Assembly: GCA_021432655.1 (NCBI GenBank)
Contig: MU271256.1
Location: forward strand, 1-64,000
DNA from: Atractiella rhizophila
Taxonomy: Eukaryota
Direction of reading: 5' to 3'
DNA: 64,000 nucleotides
Part shown: positions 25,481-38,339 of the stretch, in pieces
Numbering within the stretch: the first letter of the stretch is position 1
How the letters are laid out: each line of letters starts with the position of its first letter
Program-made: the position numbers and the translations under genes
The notes under the pieces: model-generated
The model's database searches: none
Told to the model about the DNA's origin: nothing
What the model saw: only the letters and a program-made list of their open reading frames with translations

Positions 25481-25659
25481 CTCATCATGACTCACATGTC
25501 CCATTTTTTTTTTTGAGCGTAATTTTTCCCCTTCCTGCTTATAAGCTGAGTGCGGACCTGCAAGAGTTTGATTCTTAGAAGCACAAATGTATGCACATAT
25601 GTATTATTAATTTGGCAAAGAACAAGAAGGCAGTATGATTCAAATGAAAGAAATATCCC

Positions 25660-26145
25660 CGGTCGAAGCTCATGCCTCCGGAATTGGGTTACCTTGGCAC
25701 TCTAGGTTCCCTCATCTCACCTCTCCAGCGGACGGCTTCTCTCGTGGACAGGATTCTCCTTATTCCTGATGACGCCTTGCGGAGGCTCGTCATCAAGTGG
25801 AGGGTGGGACGTTTCGGGTTCAACCGCCCTTGCTCTTGCGGTCTCCCTTTTTCTCGCGGTCATGTTAGCTGTTTGATTTCATCCTTAGGTTTCTTTTCTT
25901 CTGCTAATTCTCCCTTCACGGATCTCTCTTTCTTCTCCAAAGTGCCTCCTCCCTCTATTCCCAACTCCTCTCTCTTAGATGCTATCATTGGTCATAGAAA
26001 TAGTGCTTTCTCCTCCATAGCTTATCAGACACTTCTTGTTTGGTCTGATTTCTTACACAGATAACTTGTAGTCGTAGTCGTACACATCTCCTGCCAATCC
26101 ATTCTTAAACCCCCCCTGGCGCTTCACACCCAAGCTTCAAAAAAG
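25660..26145 (+). mobile_element. 5'-truncated non-LTR retrotransposon 3' end
   Basis: RRLVIKWRVG..PCSC...SRGHVSC Cys/His C-terminal motif, stop at 26064, short A-run at ~26139. Confidence 0.5.
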
Positions 26146-28456
26146 TCCGTGGGCATGACTCACACTAAGCCCCTTGGCTCATTGGGGGCCACTGTTTGAT
26201 AGATTTTTTTCATCCATGGTTCGGGCACTCCATATCTTGTTTCTTTCACCTTGCTGGATCCGACAGGTCTTACAGAGTGTTTGGGGATGGCAAGGTGCTT
26301 TTAAACCCCATGTACCTCTTCAACTTTGGTCACGCAATCAGGCCGCGATTTTTTTTTTGGCTCTCAGCATCCGGTGGACTCAACGCGGCCAATTCAAGTC
26401 CCGACGAGGGAGGAAGGAAAGAGCCAAAGGACAGCTACTGCGGTAGCTGAGATGCGTTGCCTGTTCCGGTAAGAGTTAGAGTTGCGGTCATTGAGGCAAT
26501 TGAGGCAAGGGCCAGAACTGTGCTGCCCATATTCTGTTATTGCTATTGCATGGCAGGCTTCCGCTATAAGCGCCTTTGCTCGGTCATCTTCCATTGTCGG
26601 GTTGGCGTTTATAGGGAATGAAATCCTTGCCTGTGCGTAATAGAAGACGCTGGCCAGACGCATCCTTAAATACGAACTCCGCAGTTTTGAGGAGCTGGGC
26701 TGACCGGGTTCCAAATGGCCAGTCCCGCCTCAGGGTCATGGATCGATGTTGCTGGAACCATCGTGGACTGGTTTGACGGAGTCGCACCACGACAGCCCAA
26801 CTTCGCAGGGGGCCGGGTGAACGGCCAATCGTGGAATACCACGCTCCCGTTTTAATGCCCCCCCTAAATTTGAGGCGCCACGGTCTGCGGCGCCTGCAAG
26901 AAGCGAAGTCGCCTTTACATGGTGCTCCAAAGAATGGCCATCAACTTGCTCTGGCTCACCTTCCGGACACCTGGATATGGAGGAAGTAGAAGAGATGCTG
27001 AATGGCAATGCCAGACATGAACCCTGGACCAACCTCGCAGCCACACGAGTCCATCACTCAATGAAGGAAAGTGCTCTACACAATTCATGTCCAATACCCT
27101 TCGATACGACGTGGAGAGATCTTTGTGTGAATGGCGGTGCTTCGACTAACTCACAAACCTGCGGGTAAAACTAAGATGACCGGTATGAGCTAGCTTACAA
27201 GAGTAGATCGAGTTACTTACGGATTACTATCAGTCTGGAGAACTAGACCCGTGTAGACCGTGCAATCTGCGAGAGAATAAATCTTGCTCGTTGCCTACCT
27301 CCAGACCTAAATTTCCCCTTGTTGCATTCATCTCCGGCGAAGACTAATGGCGCAGAAAGTACCTGGAAAATGAAGATACGGATTGATGAAGATAAAATGA
27401 GTGAGCCTCTGAAGCGAAACTGTTTCCTCTCCTTAAAGGAGCCTATTCGCAAAGCTGGAAGAGGAAGAGAAGTATCAAGGCGTTTCAATGATAGCGATCA
27501 GCGACCTGATTCATTAGCTCAATCGCAAAGTTTGGAGCTCCTGTCTCAGACAATGACATGGAACTGGATCTCCAAATTCAGCCGTGAAGGGCTCGATCAA
27601 AGGATTCCAACATGAGAAAGCGCGTTGTTTTAGTTTTCAACAAACCAAGATTGTTCAAAGCGGGCCGAATGCGACAACTACATCACAGTCCGGCAAGAAG
27701 CCTGGAGAGTTGGAAGAGAAGAACACAAGAGCTGACTACCGGAAAGGGGTCACAACAACCCTAAAACAGATGACGAGGTTGAGGCCCTAAACGCAGCTGG
27801 AATGAAGTGAGGCAGTTCGCCCACCAGTGAAGGCTCAGCCTGGTCGCTCTCATAGATAGAGCCAGCCACGGTTTTTGCTGTTCATAACCACTGATCTGAA
27901 GCATTGTTCCGATGTGAAGATCGGATTAATCCGTGGCCTCGATTCCTCCATGGCTGCGCCAGTAGGGGGCGAGGACAGGAGTTCAGACGAGAGCATGGAA
28001 GAACAGACGCCCCATGTCGATGCTGCTAACATCTTCCCCCACCTCCTTAATCACGAGCCGAGATAACAGAACGAGCTCGCTCTTCCGTCACGTCGTGTCA
28101 AGTCTGTTTCCCCCTCCCACCTCCTCTCTCTGCGGAGGAAACGAGCAATATCACCAACGTCAACATCTGTAATTCGACTTGGACCTTCCAGCCGTTCCTT
28201 GCGCACCGAATCTTTCATCGGCTGCATCCCCTGCTCGGTCCGAAGATTGCGTTGATTATTTGCCCTCTGTTCATTGAAATGTTTTTAAGTGAGAGAGATG
28301 GGCAAGGTGACCAACGATGAATATGATCTACTGATTTGACAACGTGTGCTAATCCTCCTTTCATAAAGCGTAGTGTTTCGCAGTTTTCTAGCCGGACAAC
28401 GCCGGACAAGGTACGTATCCTATTCTGTCGCCCCGGCAATGAAAGGTGGCTGCTGT

Positions 28457-28921
28457 CATTTTTGCTTCTCCTGAATGGGATTCTTAAGCGTGATTCAGAC
28501 ATTCGTACCAGTACTCCGCTAAAAATGTACTCACTGCCCATTCGACAATGATGATTCGACCATCTGCATCTAACCTATTAGTTTGACGCCTTTTCTTAAA
28601 TTTACCATACCCTATGGAGAGAAATATCAATGATGTAGCCACGGGTATGGAATGAAAATACCGACAAGGTTGTGTCCATCCAAGGCAACTACAGGATGTC
28701 TGAGAAAGCTCCCGCAAAACGTCAGATCACTCACGTGCATCGTTCGCATCCTTCAATTCCCTGAAAGTAATAAACCCAAATCCTCTGCTTTTGGTCGTGT
28801 CTACCTTATCCATCATGATGTGACAATCTTGAATCGGTCCATATTGTACGAAGAGGGCTCGAAGTCTGTCCTGCTCGAGCTGGTAAGGAAGATTTCCAAC
28901 GTATAGTTTCCTGGGTGTCAT
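28457..28921 (-). CDS. Small single-RRM RNA-binding protein, multi-exon
   Basis: RNP2 LYVGNL, RNP1 RGFGFITF; intron 28689-28734, then ALDGHNL/DGRIIIVEWA; the 3' end is tentative. Confidence 0.85.
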
Positions 28922-30099
28922 TTGGTAGCGATGACAGAAGACGGAGCGGTAAGAAATGATGTGACAGTGGGAGAAAGAACTCGACGAACCCATTTTTGTA
29001 ACAACTGGGCAGTCAACAATGGATGGCAATTCCGCCCTCACGAATTTGACCTCAGTACCTTGCCAAGAAAGGGACGAAGTTTCAGCGGAGGCCGATTTCC
29101 GCTGCGAGAGCAAGATTCTGAGGAGGCAGGTCGAAGGACCTCTGCGCCAGCGCGGATTTCGGTATCCGTGAGAGCTACGTCCTGACATCGGATATCGGCA
29201 TCCGCGCCGGGCTTTCAAATCCTTCTTTTCCTCCACTGCTATTCACACCAACACCGCTTGGTTTGATCTCTTGCCAACTTAAAGCTCGGTAGTCGTTGGT
29301 CAACAGTGTTTATGGTAAAGCAATCCTAACTAAGTACAGCCTCACCCGAGACCCAGCACCTTCACCAGTAGCCATTCTCACTCTCAGTCTTTGGGACATG
29401 AATCTTGTGGAATTCCATCTGCGGCACTTTATTTCAGGGGTCCTTTGGACTGAAAAGCTTACTCCACTGCCTCCCCGTTAGTTGGGGAAAATTGAACCTT
29501 ATAAATCGGGACGATGGCTTCCCGACTTATACAGCACTATGCCTTACCCAGAACTTCTAAGAATGGATTTCATCAAACTACGTCGACTACTGGTGTTCGC
29601 TGGCACTGCTTTACTTTCCTTAATATATGTTAGGATATGTTAGGATTTTAGCACTGTGTTGAGCGGCATTCGTTGCCGATATCTCCACCAGTTCTCCTTA
29701 GAGTGCTGGCGGACGGTCCAGCACAATGATTTTCAATTAACTCAGTGAAACAAAAAATTTACTGACACACTTCTGTGAATAAAATCTTCAAAATATCCAT
29801 GTATCCATCAGGCATCAATGCAGAATAAAGAACCTAAAGAACGTAACTACCGCTGAACAGCTAAACACGCCCCAACGTCCTTTCATCGGTTTGCATCGTT
29901 CATAGAGAGCGTGGATGAGGAAGAACAAGCTTGTCTCTCAAGATCTATGTTCCCCTCAGTCCTGCCCGCTTTAGTCCACTCAGTATCTTGAGCGACATTC
30001 CGGACGGTTCGCAACTAAGAAGGTTCGTGTCAGTTTAACTTACAGGTGGGAGAAACCACACTAACTTCAACCCTAATCCTGTCGGGGGTGACAATTGAT

Positions 30100-31320
30100 C
30101 CCATTTCGTCGGAAGGTAAGTTGGTTGAGCCGGCTCTACCAGTGAAGGCAAGGATGCTTATACGCCTCAAAATAAGCATATGGAAGTCAAACGTTTGGCA
30201 CCTACTAGATGATATAGATCTTCGGGACGATGATGAGAACTATATCTCGTAAGTGCCAGGTCGAGAGCACTGTCCATGACGAGAACCTACTTGCGATGTG
30301 ATATGCCGTCCCACGACATGTGAGAAAGAGAACGAGTTCAAGAATTTGAAGAGAGGAGGTGAGGATGCTGGATCCAGTGGCAAAGTAAATCAACTGCCAG
30401 AGTGTGTCAATATCACTGGGATTACGGATAAGATCCAAGAATGGTCCATACGCGAAACACAGTATCTTTAGTAGTCTGAAAGAGCTGTTAGCACACGAGG
30501 GTATCAGAGATGGTACGAACAGCGTAGTCAGCGCGTTGTGCTTCCTTCCTGAGAATGAGGACCAGGAAGATGCAGAGTAGGCAGTCCAACAGGGCTGATC
30601 CACCCAGCTGGACTGCAGAGCCTACAGGGATGTCATTATTGCGTTGCTAAAACGTGAAGGAAACTGACTGGGAATCATAGCAGGGATCCATTGATCACCT
30701 TTTACTCGCGTTATCATTCTCCTTCACACTGAACAGCACGCACGAGGCTTGGTGGCAGCATGGTACGCAGCTTGAGAAGTCTCTCAACTGAAGAACAGGA
30801 CGGGAGAAATGCTTTACTAATAAGCGCGGCCGCATAATGGATAGCTGAGAGGCCGATAGCTGCAACGAGAGCTATCGAGTCGACGCGTTTGGATCCAACT
30901 CCCTTTCGGAGAACATAGATTCGACGTGCATACAAAAGATGGCATATGAAGGCAATCAGCGGAGAAAAAACGAACCTGAGGCAATGCCATCAGACCGTAG
31001 CTGATGGAGGGAGAGAACGAACAAAACAACTATGATGTGATCTGGCAGGCTGTCCTCTTCTTAGTATGGAGACAGAAAGGAGGGAAGAGAACCGTACATG
31101 AAATCAGATAGTCCGTGCAAGATAATGCCGCGAATGAATTGTTCAGACCATACGAGCTTTGACACCCTTATTCACAATTAATTTGCTTGCGAGCTTGTGA
31201 TCGTAGAAATTTCGACTGACGAGTCTATGACGTCGACGACAAGGAGAACTGAGAGCTCAAGAGCGATCATCTTTATCTTTTGTGGCTGCTCCCCATATTT
31301 TCAGAACACCTCATCACAAC
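30100..31320 (-). CDS. Putative multi-pass membrane protein (DUF6534-like), multi-exon, may be degenerate
   Basis: Hydrophobic exon-sized segments, including YARRIYVL and LIIVPKIYII; exon structure unresolved. Confidence 0.4.
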
Positions 31321-31934
31321 AAAACAGGGCGGGTGTGGGGGTGTACAGTACCTGTGGTCTGCGTGCATTTAGGATACTAAAGCAATGATGAAACTTTCGT
31401 TCTCATCCATCAGAGGCTTTGAGGTTGTGAAAGGGAGAAAGGGAGACAGACCTGAGACAGTCCGTAACCCCACAGACAGAAGGAGAGGACAACAGAGACG
31501 AAGATAGGGCGTAGGACTTCCCCATAGAGCTTTGGTGTGAACATTAGGAACTCAGGTGATGGAGCTGCCATCTCGATCTCCTGATCCAATGGTTTGCGAC
31601 GTGCGTGATGTATTTCCTTTTATGCTATGCTGAGCTGAAAGCATGTTGAATCCATTCTAAAGGGGACTGACACGGCGTCCGCTTTCCGATTTCTTTGCGC
31701 ACCACCCATCGCCAAACCTACTTGTGCGGATATCGGAGTCCGCGTCATGAAACTGAAACGTCATGCATGTGGAGGATTAGAATCGGATATCGGCCTCCGT
31801 CATTCATCTCTGACGCTTCTTCAGTCAACCAAGGCTCCTACGCAAAGTGTAAAGGTGGCTATCGCTTAGAAGGTTGAGCAGCGCTATGATGTTCAAGAAA
31901 GATTCGTGCGACGGATGAATTAAGCGAATGAGTT

Positions 31935-32135
31935 GAAAACTGACATTTTCGAAACGGTCTTGGATACGAGGTATTCATCGGACATTTTGGATGGGTTCCT
32001 CGGACATTTTGGATGGATACGAAGCTCGATTAAATCCTGGATCAAACGGCTATGGACATCCTTCCACCTCGTCTTTCGCATGTCGATTTCATTGATACAA
32101 CCCATACAAGACCGTTTGAACTTTATCCAAAAATC
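31935..32135 (+). repeat. Dispersed repeat with (cgga)cattttggatgg units, homologous to 42625-42920
   Basis: Shared units plus the shared tail tcg.atgtcgatt.cattgata...ccgtttgaac.tta.ccaaaa. Confidence 0.7.
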
Positions 32136-32376
32136 AGCCACTGTTGATCCAGCCTATTGTGTGTCATTCAGAACGATAATTCAATACGGCTAGGCTCTTC
32201 CTATAAATGGACGGTCATGCCAGTCACGCTGATAACGAACTACTGGTGCATTTTCTCATCCTTCCCGCGGCTGCCTTTTAACAAGTATCCATCATCGCAA
32301 ATCCCCAACGACCCTCCAATTCTGAGCCACGTCTAACTTTCAAGTCAAATACTTCAGCTTCAACGTTACCGCCTCA

Positions 32377-35045
32377 ATGTCTATCGAGAGTGATTGGGAA
32401 GCCCCGCCTCAAGGCAAAGCGCCTGTAAGAGTCCCCTTGCTTCGCGGTCGACTGTCTAATAAACTCACGCAACAGAAGCATGTTTCTCCTCTCTCTTCCC
32501 AATCTTGGCTCGTTTGTTCACACTCCAGAAGTGAGGCACATCCCCGCAACCTCACGAATTCGAAAACCCTCCCTTCCTTAGGAGTGACCAAATTTGAGCC
32601 TAGGCTTCAGCAGTCTCCTTTCGCCGATAACTTGCTTCCAGTTAACGGAATCGCTGGAGCGACGAAGAGCAACAGCTCCATTTTTGGTCATGGCGTCCTT
32701 CCAGGTTCTCGCCCTCATCCGCCATGTCTCAACGAAAGGAACGTGGGCCTTAGTGCTAACGGTAACAGTGCGAATGGCCAGAAGAGCGGTTGGCTCAGAG
32801 AAGTGCTTGACGTGAGGTTAATGTTGAGATCGTGAGATGTTCTGATTCTATCATCTGCTCGCAGCCGAAGGATCTGGCTTTGGTCGCTGTGAGTTCTTGA
32901 TCTCTAGCATCACCCAGTACTCATTGACAATAATTGGCAGGGTCAACATAATCCCGGAACAAGAAAGCAACGCATCGAAGTTGAGAATCACATCGTTCCT
33001 ACGACTCACTCTCACGCGCACAAGAAGACCAGCCTTGGAAACTCTGATCAAGTCGAGGTGGAATGCCGACTTCTCTCCTCTTTAGCTGTATTGGATTTGG
33101 CGCCTAAACCTCAGGACTGTCCTGGCGCTGGACCTGCGACGAGCACTAGGACTGCGAACGGCGGCACCAATGTTGCCGATAAACAGACCCAGAACTTTTC
33201 CGCTAATGTGCTGTCTGGTACAGCAATCCGGTGCTCTCCTCTCAGTCGTGAGACTAATTGCTCAGAAGCTTCGCTTGAGTTTCCGTTTCAAATTGCTGCA
33301 CAAACCGATCATCTACGCACTTATGAATCGGTGATGCGGCTCAGTGTAGGATCCATGGGATTGGTGAGAGAGGACAAGGACCAGGACCCGCATGTTCCAG
33401 TCAAAAGCGCCATTCCGAGAGCACCTTCCCCAACCCTTGATGCTGTCACCGATGCGATTTCCAAGGTATGGGATCAGTTTCAAGCTTTGGCTTGCCTTCT
33501 GAAGCTGACGGCTTGATAGACCTGCATCGCTGGAAATTTCAGCTCTCTATTCCACTCTCATTTTACGGACTGGAAATCAAAAGGACATCAATCGTATGGC
33601 TGCAACCTTCATGCCAGCCTTCGGAGGCTCGAAGATCTACAGGGTGGGTTGTACTTACTGTCCCAGGGTCAAGACGGCAGCAGATACCTTCAAAAGCAGT
33701 TGGAGGAAGGTAACCCCAAGCATCGTGATCTGATCAACAAGGAGCTCTTCCCCCACTTCAGTGAATTGATGATGGGTCGCTGTACGAATTGTTCTCTACG
33801 GAAGGAGATCTTATCCTCATAACTCATGGAGCAGTTAGCACTCATCTCTCCCAGAAGCTATTCCAGTTATCTTCTGATGAGCAGCGAGACGCACTCCTCA
33901 AGTCTATTTCCAACAAACTGGTCTCCATCTCGTTGAACACGCACGGAACTCGAGCTGTCCAGAACATCATCGATTACCTTTCCACCCGAAGCCAGGTCAT
34001 GAGCTTGGTCGCTGGTCTTAACTTGAACGTGTTCACCTTAATTCGAGACCTGCGTGGACAGCATGTCATCGAGAAGTGCCTCGATCACCTGGCTCCGCAA
34101 GACAACCAGGTTTGTTTCGCTCACAATGGCAAACCAACTAATTTTATTCCTCTCAGTTCATCTATAATGCGGTGTCCACTAACTGTCTTAAGGTTGCAAC
34201 CGATCGATACGGCTGCTGCGTCTTTCAACAATGCATCGATCGTGGGACGCATTCGCAGAGGGCTCAACTAGTCAAGGAGGTCATCGACAACTCTCTCATA
34301 TTGGTTCAAGATTCTTTCGGTCTGTTCCGCCTTCCCCGAGGATTGTGATTGACACTTTCGAACAGGCAACTACGTTATTCAGCATTGCTTGGATCTGTCC
34401 AACGCTGACTGCACTGAGACTATTGTTCACCAATTCTTGGGGAACATCTATGCTCTGTCTATGCAGAGGTTTAGCTCCAACGTCGTTGAAAAAGTGCGTC
34501 CGTTTTCGCACAATTGTGCTGTTGAGCGATTATGCCGTATAGTGCATCCGCGCTGCAGGTCCAGATGAAAAACGAGCTATTATCGATGAGATCCTGGCGG
34601 ATAATGGTGTGGGGAGGTTGCTTCTAGATCCGTTTGGAAACTACGTTTGTCAAACCGCTCTCGATTATGCTGATCGCGGCCAATGGGACAAAGTAGGTAG
34701 TCACCTAGCGAAACCTGCTAGTCACTAAGAGGAGGTCAGCTCGTCAGTCAGATCAAACCCATTCTTCCACAGATCAGGGATAAGCCTTATGGCAAGAAGA
34801 TTGAATGCAAGATTTCTGGTGAAAACAACGACCAGATGAATCGCGGCAGAGGATTCCATCAAAGGTTGACAGGCGGCGGAATGCCTCCCAAGGGTCTTCA
34901 TGGCGTTTCTCCTGTCCCCTTTCAACAGTTCGCCCCGATCCATCGTCACCCTTCCTTTGGCTGGCCGCCATACGTCTTTATGGGTGGATATCAACCTAAC
35001 CCACCTGTTGCTTTCCGGGATAACTTCTACAACCCTCAATACTAA
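32377..35045 (+). CDS. Pumilio/PUF RNA-binding protein, Puf4/Mpt5-like, multi-exon
   Basis: Eight PUF repeats: QDGSRYLQ, STHLSQ, NTHGTRAVQ, DLRGQHVIE, DRYGCCVFQ, DSFGNYVIQ, QRFSSNVVE, DPFGNYVCQ, then PYGKKI; N-terminal exon structure tentative. Confidence 0.88.
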
Positions 35046-36213
35046 CAGCCATCAACGCATTTAAAAAGTACCTACGATAATCATTCAAATGGCAGCTATA
35101 TCCAAACTAACCGTCCTTTCCCACTTTTGTTAGGGCCTTGACTGAACGTAATTGCCAATTGCGAAGGGTAGAGATTTATGGTGTCCGCTTCGTCCACATG
35201 TTTTGCGTGCGGTCGTACACCGCGCTGCGAATACTGAAGCACAAAATATTACATTTAAAGCCTTTCTTGCGGACATCAAAAGCGTTCCCTGAGAGTTCGA
35301 ACCAGGTGAGGCTGTACAGTAGGGGCTGCCAATCAGCACATCCCCTTGCGCTTTGTATCGAGACGTTGTTATAGACGCAACCGCAACCGCTCGCAGAACC
35401 TAATCCTTTTGAACAAGACTTGAGTGAGAGAGATTTGTGATCGAATGGTGATCACCCCAACAACATTCGTTTGCTGCAGGTTGTGGTATGTTCCAATTTT
35501 CGGATCTTCCCTGCCAGAAGGGACAGAACGTTCCGCAGTGAATCTCGTCGCGGACTTGCGAGTCACGCGTCAGTTGACCACTCAAGGGAAAGGGGGAACA
35601 TTGTCACAGATTCGTGGTTCATTTCGCTGAACGTTGGGCAAATGAGGTTACTACGATGCGCTGGGTCCAGTGATGGTGGTAGCCGGTACTTCAAGCGGTT
35701 TGGAACGATGAAGTTGCCGCTGGGAGAGGAATACGGCTTCGGGACGCTGTACAGAGCGCTATGGGTGGTCAAGGGGGGCTTGGTTTGCTTGATAGGTGGG
35801 TATATCCTTATATATAAAGCACGACGGGTTTTTAGCATGACTCACGCATGTACTTTTGAGCACTTCTCTCACCACCCACAACAACCCTGCCAGTAATCTG
35901 AGCATACCATCAGAATACGCGTGTCGGCGCCTTTCGAACCGTATACAACAAAGCCTATTTGAAAGACGAAAAAAAAATTGTTTTCCTTACTGACTCAATT
36001 GACTTCTTGGTCCACAACAACCCCATCAAAATTCTGAGCATACCACCAGAATACGCGTGTCAGCGCCTTTCCAACCGTATATAATAAAGCTTATTTAAAG
36101 GATATTTAAAGGATAAAAAATAGTTGTCTTCCATGACTGAGTCAAGTGACCGGACGTGGCACTTTGACAAAAATGTCCTTACCTACTCAAATAAGCCCAC
36201 AAAGTAAAGAGTT

Positions 36214-36305
36214 CGTGTGATGGTGTAGTTGGTGTATGGTTGGTAGTTGAGTCTTGACTCATTGGTGTTGGTGTGGGTTCGAGTCTCAGTCATGTCGCAT
36301 TTTTT
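36214..36305 (+). ncRNA. tRNA-like Pol III cassette within Helitron B
   Basis: A-box at 36221-36232, B-box at ~36276-36286, T6 at 36300-36305. Confidence 0.55.
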
Positions 36306-38116
36306 CACTGCCAAATCCTATTGTGCGCAAACTGCGTGCACGCGATTTCTTCAAGGCTTTCCGTGATTTCTCAGGTCATGCGCCAAAAACTGTTGTGTGC
36401 CATCTATGAGGGAAAGTGAGCAAGCATTCATGCAAGTGAAACAGTTTCTTTCACCACAAATATGCTTCCTGACAGTCTACCATAGTATCCCTGAGCCTGT
36501 TAGCATCAAATCAAATCAAGCAAAAAAAAGCATAGGTGTGTGGACTCTGGCTTATATATTCTTCACTCATATCATTTTGTTATGTGCAGCAAGCTACACT
36601 CTCATGCCACATGCAATTCAGAGAAATCAAACAAGAAATCAAGAGCGCCGATCCAAACGGCATCAATCTCTGAGGCTCCACTACACCACGGTTGACCTGT
36701 AAGAGAGGGGAGACGCCCTGCACATTTTAATCCTACTCCACCTACTCCACCTCAACATGAGACAAGATGATACGGGGCCAAGAGTTTTTATATATGATAA
36801 TCGATGGGTAGTGCCTTTTAATGCTTGGGTCCTGAGGAAGTTTCTGGCTCACATCAACACTGAGATCTGTATCTCAATTCGTTCACTCAAGTATATATTC
36901 AAATACGTATACAAAGGGCCAGATAGAGCACAATTAGTCATAGAATCAGATTTCAGTGGAGCAAGAGAGCCAGTGGATGAGATTAAAGAGTATTTAGATA
37001 CACGATATGTGGGTGCTTCAGAAGGTTTGTTCAGTCCATTCCTCAAAGGTTAAGGATTAAGTATGATTATAAAATGCTGGCGGATTTTCCACTTCAAGTT
37101 TCATGATCACTCTCCAACTGTGATTCGACTGAGCATTCATCTTCCAAATCAACAGATGGTTATTTTTAATGCAGATGATGGTCAACCTGAAGATATACTT
37201 TCACGAAGAAAATGTCGGAAAAACAATGCTTAGTGAATTTTTCCAATTTTGCCGTGATTCTCCCCAGGTCTCCCGATCGTGGACCTATCCTCAAGCCCCT
37301 CGAGATTTGGTCTGGCAGAGTAATTCAAAGTGCTGGAAGATACGTGAGAAAGGCGATGCTATTGGTCGGAGATTTTATATTGCGCCGTCACAAGGGGAGC
37401 TCTTTTATCTTCAACTACTTCTTCACAAGATCCCAAGTCCTAAATCTTTTGAGGACATTTGTACAATTGACGCTCAAGTTTACGAAACATTTAAAGCAGC
37501 CTGTGTGGCATCAGGTCTACTAGAAAGTGACGAAGAATGGGATTTGTGTCTGGAAGATGCAAACGCAATCAAACGAGGATCAGCAATTCGTTCTCTTTTT
37601 GTCTACATTTTGGTCTTTGGAGTTGCAAGCGAACCATTACAACTGTTTCGAAGACACCATGACAAGCTCAATGACGATTGTGCACATCTTCTGCAAACAG
37701 TTTATGGAATCGCTGCACCTTCTGAAGACCAGATCTGAGACTTATGCCTTATTGAGCTAGAGGACCTGCCTCATGGTCTAGGTAAGACACTAGAGGAGTA
37801 TAGGTTGCCGTTACCTGCTCACAGGTTTGCACAATGGGGTGGAGAGACAAGAATAATTGGAGAAAAGCTGGCGTACAACATTACGGAGTTAGAGCAATGT
37901 CTTGATAGGAATCTTCCTCTTATGAATGAGGATCAACGACATGCATACGATACCATCATCGAAGCCTGGCAGAATGGCACCGGAGGACTCTTCTTTCTTG
38001 ATGGGCCTGGAGGAACTGGAAAGACTTTTGTTCAGAATCTTATACTGGCAAGAGTAAGGTTATCCAAGAAGATTGCACTAGCAGTAGCCTCTTCTGGAAT
38101 TGCTGCTATTCTGCTT

Positions 38117-38339
38117 TGTTGGAAATGGGTTATGAAAACAACGGAACGTGATCGGTGTTTGCCGTGTTTGCCGTGCGTTCCGAAGCAGAGGCAAACATGT
38201 GGCACTTCACCGCAAGACCGGTACTATAAAGGAGCACCTGCGAAGTCTCTTCCGTTTTTCCCCAATCACTTTATCATCTATTTCATCGTGCTCACGTTTG
38301 TGTGATTGGGGACATTTTAGCCCAAGCCAATTTCTCATT
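38117..38339. mobile_element. 223-bp solo-LTR-like insertion in Helitron B, TGCTT duplication
   Basis: Absent from copy A; starts TGTTGGAAAT, ends ATTTCTCA(TT), internal TATAAA. Confidence 0.8.

Noticed and set aside
22000..25600. TIRs and TA TSD for the Tc1-like element
   Set aside because: No matching inverted pair found by eye
26394..28300. Multi-exon minus-strand gene
   Set aside because: Fragments with stops and no recognisable domain; could not build a model
36214..36305. Functional tRNA gene
   Set aside because: No clean anticodon stem-loop and a mismatched acceptor stem; kept only as tRNA-like
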